A program made the translations under genes and the position numbers. The notes beneath the pieces were generated by a model. The model searched no databases, was not told the origin of the DNA, and saw only the letters and a list, made by a program, of their open reading frames with translations. Below, in pieces: positions 62,101 to 64,000 of a stretch of DNA of 64,000 nt. Within the stretch, counting starts at the first letter, position 1. The number at the start of each line of letters is the position of its first letter. The stretch comes from Phoronis australis (taxonomy: Eukaryota; Animalia; Phoronida), in the NCBI GenBank assembly GCA_002633005.1, contig NMRA01000001.1, positions 2,024,933 through 2,088,932 of the forward strand, read 5' to 3'.

Positions 62101-64000
62101 CTGATATAACTTGTACAATTAGTCCGATAAGTCCGGGACATTTCGGACCACATGACGGAATCTCACGCACGGACGACGCTTTTTGTTGTAAGCCCCTACG
62201 GCTTGTGTAATTCTTTTAAGTATAGATTTTGTATTTACAATGCTCATGTTTCGTGAATTGTAATTCGTGTTTCATTGTCAGTCGAGTTTCATGTTATCGT
62301 TTTAGTCACAAGGAAATAACCTTAGGGAAGGTCTGATCAAATACACACGACTGTTGACATAGGATAAGGTTATCTGACTATAGGCTGACGTTTCAATCAG
62401 AATGATTTACGTTGTTGTTTTATTCGCTTGTTATAGTCAAAGTGCAATTTATTGTCTCTACGCTTCCCGATAATTTACGTTTTGATTTCACTGATTCAGT
62501 AACTGAACAAATTCATTTGTCCTGGTATTATGGTATGGATGGATCTAAGTTTTAGTTTGCATGTTCGCGATTTACAAAAATTGTTGTTATTGGCCGCCTG
62601 ACATAAACATAGCTTAGACCTACAATGTTCACATGCCGTTTTATCAGAAGGCATATCGGAGTTTGATCTACCGTCTGAAAACCGCACATGTGAACGCTCG
62701 CCCGACGTTAGACCTGTCTTCTTATCATACGACCCCACGTGAGACCCCAAATAAGACTCAGCCCTCTTACCAAAGATTTTATAGTTACTCTTTGCTCTTA
62801 CCTAGGACCAATATTATTCCCAGGCTCTTACTAAAGGATACCGGCCAAACTCGACATTGGCCTGTTAACATATCTTAACAACTTTCTCATCCAGTGCTCA
62901 GAAACAAAATAATGCTCCGTTGTAGCCCTTGACAAGCCCCAAAAGCTGGGAGGTTTGGAGCACAGTTTGAAACTCCTTGCAACCTCTGCTAAACGTGACC
63001 TACGCTTTGAGTGATTTGCAACACCCAACCCTCCCCCCCAGAACAATAAAATCCAATCTGTCAAAGAGAGTACGAGTTTTCAGTTGATTCCTGCTTTTAT
63101 CTCTCAAGTGGGACGCCAATGATGCATTATAGCAGCTGGTGGCCGAAGGAAAATTGGTGGAAATCACCAAAACAGAGTTTAGTGTCCCTTTAACGGCCGT
63201 GAGAAGACTGTCTTTCAATGCTGTGGTTTATGATGAGGCTTCTGTTCGCCCATGTTAAAATACGTGATCGGCCATAATATCGGCATATTGCAGATTAATT
63301 TTATGCCGGTCACTTCGCTGTTTCTGGGTTTGTTATTATTTCTTTGTATGTTCTGTGTATCCTTCAATAAATATATATCACAGTGAAAATATGACAACAC
63401 TCGTAAGCGTCAAGTCTGCTTTCTCATCAGAATATAGACACTCGGTAGTATGTGACCAGACGTCCTATCTGCCTTCTTAAAAAAACATATCTGAACGCGG
63501 TTATTGGTCTATTTTTCATTACTGCTTAGAGCACTGACCAGCCTTATCATCTCAAAGTAATAACCAGCGACCGATTGTTCGGGTCCATTTCATACATCAT
63601 ATCTTGTTTTATCATTATCAGTCTTTACTAATCCGTGTACAACTTGTGAACTATAGGCGAAGCCCTCAGCTTGAATGACACGTACTGATTTACACGATAA
63701 ATACTGTACGTCAAGCTCCACCCTTCCTGGGAAGAACGCGTTACTGGAGTCGATCAAATGACCGCAGATTAATGGTGCGGATACTGTACAAACAATAACA
63801 TAATAACGAGCTCCACCCAAATAACCGGGCACGCGTCGAACAGACGACACGCTATTTGAGATGAATACTGTATAAGTGAGCGGCCTTATCGGGGGTATTA
63901 TGTATTGAATTCTATGTTTTCTAAAAACGTTTACACTTGTCATTTCGTGTTGAAACTTGAGTGTTCTGTTGTTTTCTATAAAGAACTTGAAACATGATTT

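Noticed and set aside
63590-63943. 117-aa minus-strand ORF
   Set aside because: No recognisable domain and no partner exons or convincing splice structure in the window; cannot be supported as a gene.

Overview
AT-rich, intron-rich eukaryotic genomic DNA from an invertebrate animal; the repeat types suggest a lophotrochozoan such as a mollusc, but this is inference. Most entries in the ORF track are spurious. By hand I reconstructed five spliced genes with GT-AG introns and consistent exon phases. (1) Minus strand: signal peptide + C-type lectin-like domain + at least 3 sushi/CCP domains, running off the left edge. (2) Minus strand: an uncharacterised 359-aa type I membrane protein with an unknown Cys-containing domain, Pro/Thr stalk, 6-Cys EGF/EB-like module, TM helix and acidic tail. 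(3) Plus strand: a 432-aa TBC-domain Rab-GAP of the Gyp7/TBC1D15-17-25-like group. (4) Minus strand: GA-binding protein beta, 398 aa. (5) Plus strand: TLNRD1/MESDC1, about 332 aa. Genes 2/3 and genes 4/5 are head-to-head pairs. Introns hold many non-autonomous DNA transposons (5-bp, 8-bp, TAA and TTAA target-site duplications), SINE-like remnants and a Hero-type LINE remnant. The most unusual structure is a repeat family whose ~145-bp subunits each carry a CTCF-consensus-like motif; two copies sit in convergent orientation around the gene 2/3 shared promoter. No CRISPR array, rRNA or intact tRNA was seen. All calls were made by eye, without database searches.
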